Source: an uncultured Holophagales bacterium
GTDB lineage: Bacteria > Acidobacteriota > Thermoanaerobaculia > Multivoradales > UBA5704
DNA length: 64,000 nt
Direction of reading: 5' to 3'
Assembly (NCBI GenBank): GCA_963842525.1
Contig: CAWJGT010000034.1
Span: 544,001 to 608,000, forward strand
Shown here: piece after piece, positions 39,905-51,011 of the stretch
How positions within the stretch are numbered: the first letter of the stretch is position 1
Layout: each line of letters starts with the position of its first letter
The notes under the pieces: model-generated
Databases searched by the model: none
What the model was told of the DNA's origin: nothing
What the model saw: only the letters and a program-made list of their open reading frames with translations
Program-made: the position numbers and the translations under genes

Positions 39905-41118
39905 CCGATCCCTCCGGCCCGGGGCCGCAGCCGCGTCCCCTCGTCCAATCCCTGCTCGACGACGCATTCGGCCGCCGAGCAGGCGCCGAGCTTCAACTCG
40001 GCCGTGCCGCCGCCGGCGAGCAGGGCGCGCGGCGGCTTGGCGCCCAGGTCGAGCCCGGCCCGCGGGGCCAGCAGGGCGTTGCGAACCGCCGGCTGCAGGA
40101 CCTCGACCCGCACGGACATGCCGGGGCGCATCCGCTGCGGGTCCAGCCGCTCGAGCTGGACCTCGACCGTGAAGAAGCGCAGCAGCGGGCGGCGCATCGT
40201 CTCCTGGGCCACGGCGGACATCTTCACCACCCGGCCGCGGAAGGTCTCGCCGGGATAGGCGTCGAGGGTACAGAGGGTCTCCAGGCCGCGACGGATGCGG
40301 CCGTCGTCGACGTCGGGGAGGTCGGCCTCGACGATCAGCGACGTGAGGTCGGGCAGGCTGGCCACCGGCCAGCCGACGAAGACGGTGTCGCCCTCGCGGT
40401 ATTTGCGTCCCTCCCAGGGGTGTTCCTTCACGAGCATGATGCCGTCGCGCGGGGCGCGCAGGATGAAGGCCTGGATCGCGGTCTCGGCCTGCTGGATCTC
40501 GCGGCGGGCACGGCGCAGGTTGATCCGCTGCACCTCCAGGTCGGCCGCGCCTGCCTTGCGGGAGGACGACAGGTCGTCCTCGGCCTTGGCCAGCTCGACC
40601 TCGGCGCGGCGCTGGGCGAGCTGCCGCTCCTGGTGCTCCCGCGGCGAGAGGAGTCCTTCCGGCACGGTGGCCGCGATGCGCGCCTTGTCCAGGTCGGTCC
40701 GCTTCTGCAGGACGGCGAACTCCTTCTCGGCGAGCTGCGTCCGGGTCTCCGCCTGCTTGCGGTCCAGCTCGTTGGCGGCCTCGGCAGCCGCCAGCCGCTT
40801 CTGCTCGAGGTCCGTGGTGAAGGCCGAGTTGTCGAGCTCGACCACCGGCTGTCCGGCCTTGATCGGGCTCCCCTCCTGGGCGATCGAGCGGATCTGGGCC
40901 TGCCAGGTGGGCGTGCGCGGCACGGTCAGCTCCTCGGCCCGGGAGGCCACGAGCTCGCCGGTCAGGAGCAGCCGCGGGCGGAGGTCCCCGCGGCGGACGG
41001 TCAGCTCCACCGACCCTCCCGCCAGCCGCGAGGCATGCTGCGCCCCCACGTCCCCGGCGCAGGAGGCCAAGGCGAGGATCGCGGCGAGAAGGAGCGGTAT
41101 GACGGAGATATTCTTCAT
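39901..41118 (-). CDS. Periplasmic adaptor (HlyD/MFP) protein 1, lipoprotein
   Basis: Lipobox LASC, EGSPIKAGQ, LRAPRDG, MRPGMS. Confidence 0.88.
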   Translation of the reverse strand: MKNISVIPLLLAAILALASCAGDVGAQHASRLAGGSVELTVRRGDLRPRLLLTGELVASRAEELTVPRTPTWQAQIRSIAQEGSPIKAGQPVVELDNSAFTTDLEQKRLAAAEAANELDRKQAETRTQLAEKEFAVLQKRTDLDKARIAATVPEGLLSPREHQERQLAQRRAEVELAKAEDDLSSSRKAGAADLEVQRINLRRARREIQQAETAIQAFILRAPRDGIMLVKEHPWEGRKYREGDTVFVGWPVASLPDLTSLIVEADLPDVDDGRIRRGLETLCTLDAYPGETFRGRVVKMSAVAQETMRRPLLRFFTVEVQLERLDPQRMRPGMSVRVEVLQPAVRNALLAPRAGLDLGAKPPRALLAGGGTAELKLGACSAAECVVEQGLDEGTRLRPRAGGIG

Positions 41119-41178
41119 GCGAAGCAGCGCAAGCGCTTCCTGAACAACGTATACGGGACTTGGAAGCTTCCCGTTTAA

Positions 41179-41224
41179 GCCCTCACCCCCTGGCCCCCTC
41201 TCCCGCGAGCGCGGGAGAGGGGGA
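41179..41224. repeat. Intergenic copy of the CCCTCACCCC..CCCTCTCCC element (possible terminator of lemA)
   Basis: ccctcaccccctggccccctctcccgcgagcgcgggagaggggg. Confidence 0.85.
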
Positions 41225-41230
41225 ACGCGG

Positions 41231-41872
41231 CTACTCCCCCGGCCCCGGCTTGGCGTCCGTGCCTCCGGCGGCGGCGCCGAAATCCACGCGCGGCGCGGTC
41301 TCGGCGCCGGGTTGCGACTGGAAATAGGGCCTCGGCTCGAAACCGAAGATGCCGGCGAAGAGGGCCGATGGGAAGCGTTTGATCTTGGCGTTATAGCCTT
41401 GAGCCACCTGGTTGAAGCGGTTGCGTTCCACGTTGATCCGGTTCTCCGTCCCCTCGAGCTGCACCATCAGGTCCTGGAAGCCCTGCACCGCTTTCAGCTC
41501 GGGATAGCGCTCCACCGTGACCAGAAGGCGGGAGAGGGCCGAGGAGAGCTGGTCCTGCGCCTGCTGGAACTGGGTGAACTTCTGCGGATCGTTCAGGATC
41601 TCGGCCGGCGCCTGCGCCGTCACCTGCGTCGCCCGGCTGCGCGCCTCGATCACTTCCCTCAGGGTCCCCCGCTCGAAGGCCGCCGCGCCCTGCACCGTGG
41701 CGACCAGGTTCGGGATCAGGTCAGCCCTGCGCTGGTAGGCGCTCTGGACGTTCGCCCATTGCGCGTCCACCGCCTCCCGGGAATTCACCAGGCCGTTGTA
41801 AGACCCGATACCGAAGAGGACCAGCACGACCAGCAAGCCGGCCACGACAAGACAGCCGATATTCTTCGTCAT
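41231..41872 (-). CDS. lemA: LemA family protein
   Basis: YQRRADLIPNLV, ERYPELKA, LEGTENRI. Confidence 0.93.
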   Translation of the reverse strand: MTKNIGCLVVAGLLVVLVLFGIGSYNGLVNSREAVDAQWANVQSAYQRRADLIPNLVATVQGAAAFERGTLREVIEARSRATQVTAQAPAEILNDPQKFTQFQQAQDQLSSALSRLLVTVERYPELKAVQGFQDLMVQLEGTENRINVERNRFNQVAQGYNAKIKRFPSALFAGIFGFEPRPYFQSQPGAETAPRVDFGAAAGGTDAKPGPGE

Positions 41873-41929
41873 CTCCACCCCCTCCTTCGGGACCATCATA
41901 CCTTCCTGCCCGTGTTACAGTGAGCCGGC

Positions 41930-42724
41930 ATGCGGCAATACCTCGACCTCCTCCGGCACATCCTGGAGCACGGGGTCGAAAAGGGGGACCGCACCGGGAC
42001 CGGCACGCTGAGCGTGTTCGGGTACCAGATGCGCTTCGACCTCGCCGTGGGCTTCCCCCTGGTCACCACCAAGAAGCTCCACCTCCGTTCGATCGTCCAC
42101 GAGCTGCTCTGGTTCTTGCAGGGGGACACCAACCTCCGCTACCTGCACGACCACGGCGTCACGATCTGGGACGAATGGGCGGACGAGAACGGCGTGCTCG
42201 GCCCCATCTACGGCCACCAGTGGCGCTCCTGGCCCACGCTGGACGGAGGGTCGATCGACCAGATCTCGCGGGTGGTCGAAGAGATCCGCACCCACCCCGA
42301 CTCCCGGCGCCTGGTGGTGAGCGCCTGGAACGTGGCCGATCTCGACCGGATGAAGCTCCCGCCGTGCCACGCCCTGTTCCAGTTCTGGGTGGCGCACGGG
42401 CGGCTGTCCTGCCAGCTCTACCAGAGGAGCGCCGACGTCTTCCTCGGCGTGCCGTTCAATATTGCCTCGTATGCCCTGCTGACCTCGATGATCGCCCGCA
42501 CCAGCGGCCTGGAGCCCGGGGACTTCGTGCACACCCTGGGCGACGCCCATCTCTATCAGAACCACCTGGAGCAGGCCCGCCTCCAGCTCCAGCGCGAGCC
42601 GCGGCCCCTCCCCCGCCTGGAGCTCGATCCGGCCGTGACCTCGGTCTTCGACTACACCTATGACGACGTCCGGGTGACCGGCTACGATCCGCATCCCGCG
42701 ATCAAGGCGCCCATCGCCGTCTGA
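41930..42724 (+). CDS. thyA: Thymidylate synthase
   Basis: DRTGTGT, ELLWF, LPPCH, YQRSAD, PFNIASY. Confidence 0.98.
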   Translation: MRQYLDLLRHILEHGVEKGDRTGTGTLSVFGYQMRFDLAVGFPLVTTKKLHLRSIVHELLWFLQGDTNLRYLHDHGVTIWDEWADENGVLGPIYGHQWRSWPTLDGGSIDQISRVVEEIRTHPDSRRLVVSAWNVADLDRMKLPPCHALFQFWVAHGRLSCQLYQRSADVFLGVPFNIASYALLTSMIARTSGLEPGDFVHTLGDAHLYQNHLEQARLQLQREPRPLPRLELDPAVTSVFDYTYDDVRVTGYDPHPAIKAPIAV

Positions 42725-42730
42725 GGGAGA

Positions 42731-43228
42731 ATGAGGGTCTCGATCATCGCGGCGGTGGCGGCGAACGGCACGATCGGCCGGAGCAACGGGCTGCCCTGGG
42801 ACCGTCTGCCGGCCGACATGAGGCACTTCAAGAACCTGACGATGGGACATACGATGATCCTGGGCCGCAAGACCTTCGAGTCGATCGGCAGCCGGCCGCT
42901 CCCAGGGAGGCCGCTGGTGGTCATCACCCGTAGGGAGATCGACGCTCCCGCGGGCGTGCGGGTCGTCCGCAGCCTGGACGAGGCCCTCGCGGCGGCCCGG
43001 GAGGATGGAGAGGACGAGGTCTTCGTCGCCGGCGGCGCGGAGATCTACCGCGAGGCGCTGCCGCGGACCGACCGGATGTACCTGACGCGGATCGGCGAGG
43101 AATTCCCCGGAGACACCTTCTTCCCCGCGTTCAACCCCTCCGCGTGGCGGGTCGTGAGCGAAAAGCATCATGAAGCCCATGGAGAGAACCCCTATCCGTA
43201 CACCTTTCAGACCCTCGACCGGGCGTAA
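42731..43228 (+). CDS. folA: Dihydrofolate reductase
   Basis: IGRSNGLPW, GRKTFESIG, PLPGR, GG, GDTFFP; follows thyA. Confidence 0.96.
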   Translation: MRVSIIAAVAANGTIGRSNGLPWDRLPADMRHFKNLTMGHTMILGRKTFESIGSRPLPGRPLVVITRREIDAPAGVRVVRSLDEALAAAREDGEDEVFVAGGAEIYREALPRTDRMYLTRIGEEFPGDTFFPAFNPSAWRVVSEKHHEAHGENPYPYTFQTLDRA

Positions 43229-43247
43229 GCACCCCCTCAATCCCCCG

Positions 43248-43745
43248 TTGCGCTGGATCTCGGTGGCGCTGCTCGCCGGCATCGCCTGTTGCAGCCAGGG
43301 CGGCAGCGACCTTGCGAATCTCCAGGCCGGCACACAGACCGACCGGGTCCGCATCTTTCTGATCGACCGCGAAGAGGGAGGAATCCTGGGCCGCCGGGCC
43401 GGCTGCGCGGACAGCACGGTGGCGGTCGAGGTCAAGCTCCCTCGTTCAACCCAGGCCCTGGAGGGCGCGCTGACCTCCCTGCTGGGCAAGAAACGCGATC
43501 GCTACGACCCCGCCTCCGGCTACTACAACGCCCTCTACGCGTCGCCGCTCGAAGTGGAGAGAATCGAGCGCCGCGGCCAGGAGGCACGGGTCCGGCTCCG
43601 CGGCTACCTCGAGCTCGGCGAGGCCTGCGACGGCGAACGGGCCCTCGCCCAGCTTCAGGAGACCGCTCTCCAGTTCTCCGACGTCCAGCAGGTCCACTTC
43701 TATTTAGGAGACCAGTCGCTCGCACAGGCGTTGGCGGGGCGGTAG
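43248..43745 (+). CDS. GerMN-like lipoprotein
   Basis: Lipobox-like GIACC; ALEGALTSLL...YNAL...AQLQETALQFSDV. Confidence 0.65.
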   Translation: MRWISVALLAGIACCSQGGSDLANLQAGTQTDRVRIFLIDREEGGILGRRAGCADSTVAVEVKLPRSTQALEGALTSLLGKKRDRYDPASGYYNALYASPLEVERIERRGQEARVRLRGYLELGEACDGERALAQLQETALQFSDVQQVHFYLGDQSLAQALAGR

Positions 43746-43751
43746 GCCCTA

Positions 43752-43859
43752 CTGGGAGCGCTGGCGTCCCGCCGGCTCAGACTCCCAGCGACCGTGTTGT
43801 CGGAAGGTCCATGGCGGCCCCAGCACCGTGAAGAGCCGGCGGGACGCCGGCGCTCCCAG
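43752..43859. repeat. REPIN-like inverted pair between convergent genes
   Basis: ctgggagcgctggcgtcccgccggctc ... gagccggcgggacgccggcgctcccag. Confidence 0.85.
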
Positions 43860-43870
43860 GGAAGAAGTGG

Positions 43871-46597
43871 TCACGCGTCGGTGGTGTCCTTCTGCTCCAG
43901 GAGCGCCGCGAGATTCCTCCGCGCCTTTTCGGTCTTGGGATGGCTTGGCGGCAAGAATCTTTCGCGAATGTCCACTGCTCGCCGTAACAAGGACTCAGCC
44001 TCATCAAGTCGGTCTGTATCCTGGAGAAACAGAGCCAGGTTAATGAGACGGATGGCGACATTGGGGTGTTCCGCCCCGAGGGACTGCTCGTCGATGGCCA
44101 GGGCGCGCCACATCAGCGGCTCCGCCTCCGACAGACGGTTCGTCGCCTTGAGCAACGAAGCCAGGTTGTTGAGGCGGATGGCGACGTTAGGGTGGTCCGG
44201 TCCCAAGGTTTGCTCGCCGATGGCAATAGCGCGGCGCATCAACGGCTCGGCCTCCGGCAGACGGTTCGTGTCCTGGAGCAACTGAGCCAGGTTGTTGAGG
44301 CGGATGGCGACGTTGGGGTGTTCCGTCCCGAAGGACTGCTCGTCGATGGCCAGGGCGCGCCACATCATCGGCTCGGCCTCCGACAGACGGTTCGTATCCT
44401 GGAGCAACTGAGCCAGGTTGTTGAGGTCTCTGGCGACGTTTGGGTGTTCCGGCCCCAAGGACTGCTCGTCGATGGCCAGGGCGCGCCGCATCAACGGCTC
44501 CGCCTCCGACAGACGGTTCGTCGCCTGGAGCAACTGAGCCAGGTTGTTGAGGTCTCTGGCGACGTTGGGGTGTTCCAGTCCCAAGGACTGCTCGTCGATG
44601 GCGAGCGCGCGCCGCATCAACGGCTCGGCCTCCGACAGACGGTTCGTCGCCTGGAGCAACGACGCCAGGTTGTTGAGGCCTATGGCGACACTAGGGTGTT
44701 CCGGCCCGAACGACTGCTCGGCGATGGCGAGTGCGCGGCGCATCAAGGGCTCGGCCTCCGACAGACGGTTCGTGTCCTTGAGCAACTGAGCCAGGTTGTT
44801 GAGGTCTCTAGCGACGTTGGGGTGTTCCGTCCCGAAGGACTGCTCGTCGATGGCCAAGGCGCGACGCATCATCGGCTCGGCCTCGTCATAGAGGGCTTTT
44901 GATATCAATAGAAGGGCAAGTTGATTCATAAGCCCTGCTGTGGGTTTCGTGAGACCGGCACTGTCAGCGAGTGCTACAACTTGCGCGGCATGGGGACGGA
45001 GATCGTCCCAGACAGGCCAGGTGCGGACATCGTCGGCGTCGAAAGGCGCAAAATCATCCACGACCCGGAGAGCTTGCTCCATCCAGTCCCGCTCCCGCGC
45101 TTGCGGTATCTGCCTTCGCAACACCTCCTGGACCATCCGGTGGACCACGAACCGTCCCCCATCCTGAAGAGTGACCATCGAATAGGCCGCCAATTCGGCG
45201 AGTGCCTCGCGGAGCGGACAGGGGGCCGGCTGCCGGCCGGTTTCCTCGCAGAACATGGCCGACGCCTCCTCGATGGTTTCAGCCCCCTCCTCGAACATTG
45301 CGACCAGAACAGGGTCGGGGGCCAGGAAAGCGGTCAGTCGTAGGAGGGTGGCTGAGGTCGGGCCGAGCTGCTCGAAGGTGGTCTGCCAGGTGACGGCGAC
45401 TGGGAAGGGATATTCCATCAAACTGTCGTGCCACTCGAGCACCCGCTGGCGCTCATGGTTCCAGGCCTCAAGGTAGTCGGCGAAGCGCATCCCCATGTAG
45501 GCGATGTACGCTGCGGCTTGCTCGAGCACCAATGGGAAATCGCCCAGTAAGTCTGCCAGGCGATTGGCTTGCGCCGAATCCTCGGGTGTCGTCTGCCGGT
45601 GTCCGTCGGTGCGCTGAAGGAGGAAGAGTGTGGCCTCATCTCTCGGAATTGTTTTGAGGCCCTGGGTTCGGACCGTTGCCGGCCAATTCCTCAACCGTGA
45701 GGTGATGAGCACCCGCCCTCTCGAAAGACTCGGCAGGATCTCGCTCACGGCTCCGGCCGCCTTTCTCGTATCGACGTTGTCGAGTATCAATAGCCAGCCG
45801 GGGTTCCCGTGTAGCCAGCGCAAGACGGAGGCGACCACCTCCTCTTCCGCCGGGGCCACCCTCTCCGGCAGGTTCAGCAGAGCCGGGCCGGCCAGGGATG
45901 CGAGGCCGCGGCGGAGCGCTTCGGACGAATCGGCGCGGACGAAGAAGACGGCGGTGTAGCGGTGGCCGCAGCGCCAGGCGTGCTCCACGGCGAGGCGGGT
46001 CTTGCCGATGCCGCCGAGGCCGGAGATCGCCTCGCTCTGGGTGATGGCGGCGGCCCGGCCGGGCTGGTCGAGGGCGGACTCCAGACGCCGGAGGTCTTCG
46101 TCCCTTCCTTTGAAGAGGTCGCGGAGGGGAGGGAAAGGGAGGTTGTGGAGGGTCGGACCGGTGAGGGGTGCCTGGGGCGGCGGCTCGTACTTTTTACCCG
46201 TGATGCCCCAGTAGAGGCGGTTCAGGCCTTCCTCGGTGAGGCCAGCACGAAGATTGACCCAGGTGGCCTGGTCGAGGTAGATGCCGAGGTCGAGGGTTTC
46301 TGGTGCTCCCGGGAGCAGCACGGGGACGACCGGAAGCTTCTGCTTGAACATCTTCAGGACGAGAGCGCCGATCTCAGCCCTTTCCAAATCGCCGCAACCG
46401 GCAGGTCCCAGACAAACCGCAGCGGCCTTGGCAGCATGGATCGCCTCCTGGAGCCCGTCCTGCCAGAGGAGGCCTGGGCGGAGCTGTTCTTCATCAAGCC
46501 ATGGGTTGACGCCACGCTCGCGCAGCCTGGCCGCGATCTGGCGGACGACGGGCTTGTCCTTGCTGTTGTGGCTGAGGAAGACGTCGAAGTTGGCCAT
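43871..46597 (-). CDS. TIR - NB-ARC/STAND NTPase - TPR protein (NLR-like)
   Basis: FDVFLSHNSKDK TIR; GLGGIGKT Walker A; LLILDN Walker B; seven near-identical 42-aa TPRs. Confidence 0.93.
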   Translation of the reverse strand: MANFDVFLSHNSKDKPVVRQIAARLRERGVNPWLDEEQLRPGLLWQDGLQEAIHAAKAAAVCLGPAGCGDLERAEIGALVLKMFKQKLPVVPVLLPGAPETLDLGIYLDQATWVNLRAGLTEEGLNRLYWGITGKKYEPPPQAPLTGPTLHNLPFPPLRDLFKGRDEDLRRLESALDQPGRAAAITQSEAISGLGGIGKTRLAVEHAWRCGHRYTAVFFVRADSSEALRRGLASLAGPALLNLPERVAPAEEEVVASVLRWLHGNPGWLLILDNVDTRKAAGAVSEILPSLSRGRVLITSRLRNWPATVRTQGLKTIPRDEATLFLLQRTDGHRQTTPEDSAQANRLADLLGDFPLVLEQAAAYIAYMGMRFADYLEAWNHERQRVLEWHDSLMEYPFPVAVTWQTTFEQLGPTSATLLRLTAFLAPDPVLVAMFEEGAETIEEASAMFCEETGRQPAPCPLREALAELAAYSMVTLQDGGRFVVHRMVQEVLRRQIPQARERDWMEQALRVVDDFAPFDADDVRTWPVWDDLRPHAAQVVALADSAGLTKPTAGLMNQLALLLISKALYDEAEPMMRRALAIDEQSFGTEHPNVARDLNNLAQLLKDTNRLSEAEPLMRRALAIAEQSFGPEHPSVAIGLNNLASLLQATNRLSEAEPLMRRALAIDEQSLGLEHPNVARDLNNLAQLLQATNRLSEAEPLMRRALAIDEQSLGPEHPNVARDLNNLAQLLQDTNRLSEAEPMMWRALAIDEQSFGTEHPNVAIRLNNLAQLLQDTNRLPEAEPLMRRAIAIGEQTLGPDHPNVAIRLNNLASLLKATNRLSEAEPLMWRALAIDEQSLGAEHPNVAIRLINLALFLQDTDRLDEAESLLRRAVDIRERFLPPSHPKTEKARRNLAALLEQKDTTDA

Positions 46598-46765
46598 GGT
46601 GAGGAGCCCGGAGAAGTTTATCAAGGCCCCCACCTCCGCAGGGAGTCGTAACAGTCTGTGGCGACCGGAAAGGATCTCAGAGAGTGTTTGAAAACCAGCC
46701 CTGCAGGGCTCGTGCCCTGTCCTGGCCACCCGATACGCCGGCTGCGCCGAATTCTGAGCCTCCTC

Positions 46766-47015
46766 CACCGTGGCGCAGCCCACCTGCACCGTGGCGTGCG
46801 CTGGCCCGCCGAGATGGAGGCGGACTACGCCGAAGCAGCGCTTACCTGCACCGTGGCGCAGGCCGACCCCACCATGGCGGAGGCCGGCTCCACCATGGTG
46901 GAGATCACCTACGCCGCGGCGCGGGTGCTCACGCCACGGTGGAGCCCACCTGCGCCACGGCGGCGTCGACATCCACCGCGGCGCAGTCGGACCCCATCTC
47001 GGCGCAGGATGCTCA
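46766..47015. repeat. Degenerate 21-bp-period array, 12 units, palindromic CRCCRYGGYG core
   Basis: Units at 46766, 46787, 46807, 46828, 46849, 46870, 46891, 46912, 46932, 46953, 46974 and 46995. Confidence 0.8.
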
Positions 47016-47325
47016 CAAAGCCTCCAGGAAGCCACAAGGATCGGCTGGCGCAGCCCCTGATCCCGTGCAGCTCCAAGACTTTACGGCGCAGGAACCCCCT
47101 GAGCTCGCCCGGCTGGCGCCCGAGCCGGAGCCGCTCTATCCAGCCGACTTTGTGGACACCTCCGAAGACATGGCGTCCAGTTCCACCCCGGCCAGCTCCA
47201 GCGCCACCCCGCCCCAATCGCGTTCAAAAAGGGGCGCAAGCGAGCACGACGGACCAGAATCGCCGGTCGATCTTGAACAGGATATCGCTTGATGGGAAGC
47301 ATGCGCTAAAATCTTCGGCAATATC

Positions 47326-50132
47326 ATGCGAAAACCTCAGGCGCTATCCTTCGCCCTGGTCTTGAGCCTGTCCCTCCTCGGAGCAAGCCCCGGTGCAGCG
47401 GTCGTCCCCTATCTCGTTGCCGACATCAACCCCGAGCAGGTGGGGGCGAGCTCCACACCCCAGAGCTCGGTCCGCATTGGTTCCACTGTCCTCTTCGACG
47501 CGGACGACGGCGAGACCGGACGCGAGCTCTGGCGCAGCGACGGCACGACTGCGGGGACCTATCGGCTCGTCGATGCCTGCCCCGGCCCCTGCTCCGGGCG
47601 TGCCTTTCTCTTCTGGCCCACCGAGAGCCTCTATTTCTTTATCGCGATCGACGAAGGCTTCGGGGAAGACCTCTGGGTCACCGACGGTACACCCGCGGGA
47701 ACCGTGCAACTGACCGAGGGCCTCGATTTTCCTGCCGGCATTGCGCAGGTCTGGGTCCCCGAGCAAAAGCTGCTCTACTTCTCGGCCAACGATGGAGCCC
47801 ACGGCCAGGAGCTCTGGCGCACCGATGGGACCCCGGCAGGGACCTTCCAGGTGACCGACCTCCGGCCGGGTGCGGCCGGCTCCAATCCTGGACACCTGGC
47901 CTCCTTCAAAGGCCGGCTCTTTTACTGCGGCAACGACGGCCGGACCGGCTCCGCACTGTGGACGAGCGACGGTACGCCTCAAGGCACCCGTCTCGTCAGC
48001 GATCCATGGCCAGGGGCCTCACTCCGGGGCGGCCCTTACTACCTCCGGGTTGCCGGGCGTTATCTCTTTTTCCTGTCCGAGAGCCCAGCGCGCGGCGGGG
48101 AGCTCTGGCGCACCGATGGGACACCGAAAGGCACAGTCCCCGTGGCCGACCTTGCACCCGGCAAGAAATCCACCATCTTTGTCGACCTCAAAGCGTTCGG
48201 CAGCCGGTTGCTCTTCATCGCGGACGATGGGCGCCGTGGTCAGGAGCTGTGGATCACCGATGGCACGCTGTCAGGCACTCGCGCATTGACCTCTCTGCAC
48301 AACCCGTCGCCCTTCGGCGTCGCACCCAGCTATTACTATCTTCCCTGGGAGCCCTTGGGAGGCCGTCTCCTGTTGCCGCTGGACGACGGCGAGCACGGCT
48401 GGGAGATCTGGACCACCAACGGAACCGCCGCGGGCACCCGTCTTCTCAAGGATCTCTGTCCCGGGCCGTGCTCAGGGAGCACCAGCATACCGGGTGTGAT
48501 CGGGAACCGCGCCTTCTTCAGCGGCAACGACGGCAAGCGCGGTGACGAGCCGTGGGTCACCGACGGCACTGCGGCCGACACACGTCTCGTCAAGGACATC
48601 TGCCCGGGACCGTGCAACTCCCATTTCGGCCGTCCTGTCGCCATCGGCAACCGTCTCTTCTATCGCGGCAGCACCAGCAGTCACGGCGACGAATTCTGGA
48701 TCACCGACGGCACGCCCCGCGGCACGACGCGCGTCACCGACTTCGTCAATCCCGACGCCTTCGATGCACCGTTTCCCTTCTTCGGAGGCATCAGCCTGGG
48801 TGCGGCTTATCTCTTCGTCGCCAATGACGGACCCGAGGGACTGGAGCTGTGGCGCACCGACGGCACCCGCGCCGGCACCTACCTGCTGCGCGACATCAAT
48901 CCCATGGATACGGGCGGCTCCTTCCCAACCTTTCTGCGAGCGGTTGGAGACCGGCTCTTCTTCTTCGCCGACGACGGGCTGCACGGCTCGGAGCTTCTGG
49001 CGTAGCGACGGCACGGTTGGTGGCACGGCGATGGTCTATGACTTCGTTCCCGGCGAGGACTCCGCCCCGCTCCTCCATCTGCCTTCCACCGCGACGGGAG
49101 GCAAGCTCTTCTTTTTTCTCAACCTTCCCGGCAGCAGCATCGCCCTGTGGCGCAGCGACGGGACCGAGGTCGGAACGATCCAACTGACCTCGGAGGATGT
49201 CCGACCCATGGCGGACACCCTCGTGGCTCTGGGTGACCAGGTCTTCTTCGTGGCCGACGACGGCTTCCATGGCTTTGAGCTTTGGATGAGCGATGGGAGC
49301 GTCGAAGGTACCGCCATGGTCACGGACCTCGAGCCCGGTCCCGAGGGATCGAGCCCGGAATGGCTGACGGCCGCCCAGGGCCTGCTTTTCTTCTCGGCCA
49401 AATTGGGGGTTGATCGTGAGCTCTGGAAGAGCGATGGCACCCACGACGGAACGGCCCTCGTCAAGGACATCAACCCGATCTACCAGTCCTACCCAAGACT
49501 TCTGACCGCCCACCGCGACCGCCTCTTCTTCTTCGCCGACGATGGCGAGCACGGGCCTGAGCTGTGGAGCAGCGATGGCACAGGACCGGGGACAGCCCTG
49601 GTCGTCGAACTGGCGCCCTTCGGCAGCTCCTCGGCTGAAGCGCTCCTCTCGGTCGGAGACCGGCTGTTCCTCTCCGGCGGCAACACGGAGGCAGGTTTCG
49701 GTCTATGGGTCAGCGACGGCACGGCCGCCGGAACGAGACGGATCAGCCCCGTTTCAGTGACCGGCAGGTTCAAGCCGGCGGTCTTTCGCGGCGCGCTCGT
49801 CTTCTCCGTCTGGAATCCGAGCCAAGGGAGGACAGAGATCTGGAAGTCCGACGGCACCGAGGCGGGTACCGTGCAGTTGCTCGGCGGCCCCCAGGGACCG
49901 CTCGTCGGCGATCCCACAGGCCTGGTGGTCTTCGGAGACCGGCTGTTCTTCACCACGTGGCAGGGGGTCGATGCGCTCTGGGAATCCGACGGCACCCCGG
50001 ACGGTACGCGATTCGTGCGTGCTGCAACCGGCTCATTCAGCCTCTCGACCGGTCGTCGCCGGGTCGCGCCTCTTCTTCCAGAGCCACGACCCGGATACCG
50101 GAGCCGAGCTCTGGGCGATCGGACCCGAGTAG
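47326..50132 (+). CDS. Secreted ELWxxDGT-repeat beta-propeller protein (apparent frameshifts ~48995 and ~50040)
   Basis: Signal peptide; many ELW(R/K)(S/T)DGT repeats across ORFs 47326-49005 and 48542-50191. Confidence 0.9.
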
Positions 50133-50179
50133 CCGTTCCTCACCGGGATAGCCTGTGCAGCCAGAGTGAAATTCGGGGC

Positions 50180-50903
50180 TCAGAGTTTTGACTCGCGCCG
50201 CAGGCGAGCCAGCTCCTCGGCGAGAGCCTGAGCCCGTTCCTCGGCCGTAGCGGCGCGCTCTTCGCCGCGTCCGGCGTGCCGGCAGCCGCTCTCGGCCGCC
50301 CGCGCCCTCGGCAGCCCGGCGCGCCGCATCGATCTCCTCATTCCACAGAAGGGGTTCCCCGGTGGCAGTGTCCACCAGCCGCAGCCGCTCTCCTTCGGGG
50401 CGTACCGTCACGTTCGTGGTCAGAAGACCCAGGGAGCCGTCGCTGTTCAGCGGGATCGACCGATAGCGGCCCCGTTCGAGCCGGTAGCCCCGCAGCCGCG
50501 GCTCCAGATACTCCCCGAACGGATCGAAGAGGACCAGCTCGGCCACGCCCAGCCGCTCATAGAGGTCCTTCTTGGGGCCTGTGTCTTCGTCGCAGGTCGA
50601 GCGGGAGGTGATCTCGAAGACCAGGGACGGGGTCTTTTCTTCCCAGAGAAGATAGACGGGCCGGTGCCACTTACCGACGCCCCGCGCCAGCAGTACGTCG
50701 GGCGCCACGGACTTCTCCCGGTTCCCCTTCTGGTAGTACAGAAAGAGGTTGCCGCCCACCCACACGTCCGCCACATCGGCGTAGCGCCGTTCCAGTCCTC
50801 CGATCATGTCGGACATCACCAGGCGGTGAAGCGTCGTCTCGGCCATGGGCTGGCCGTCGGAGTTGGGGTACTCGATGTCCTGCTCGAGCGGCAGCGCGCA
50901 CAT
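50180..50903 (-). CDS. Uma2-family endonuclease-like protein (tail frameshifted)
   Basis: YPNSDGQPMAET, VAPDV, FEITSRST, KKDLY, ELVLFDP. Confidence 0.88.
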
Positions 50904-51011
50904 ACGTGCCTCCCTGGCTCAACAATCCCGACGGGTTGCACTATCAGATCACCGGAAGGCCTGATGGCGCAACCTCGATCCTTATGATAGCACCGCCGCT
51001 TCGGAGTCTAA

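Noticed and set aside
43996-44880. TPR repeats as a DGR template/variable pair
   Set aside because: Repeats are tandem and in frame, I see no clear adenine-specific pattern in the differences, and the only RT in view is a group II intron maturase.
46598-47035. N-terminal extension of the TIR-STAND ORF to 47035
   Set aside because: The extension is read-through of the 21-bp array; homology starts at MANFDVFLSH (46597).
46681-47163. Second MITE around the 21-bp array (GAGAGTGTTTGAAAA end; imperfect IR 47005/47163)
   Set aside because: No matching second end or target duplication found, and the inverted match is weak.
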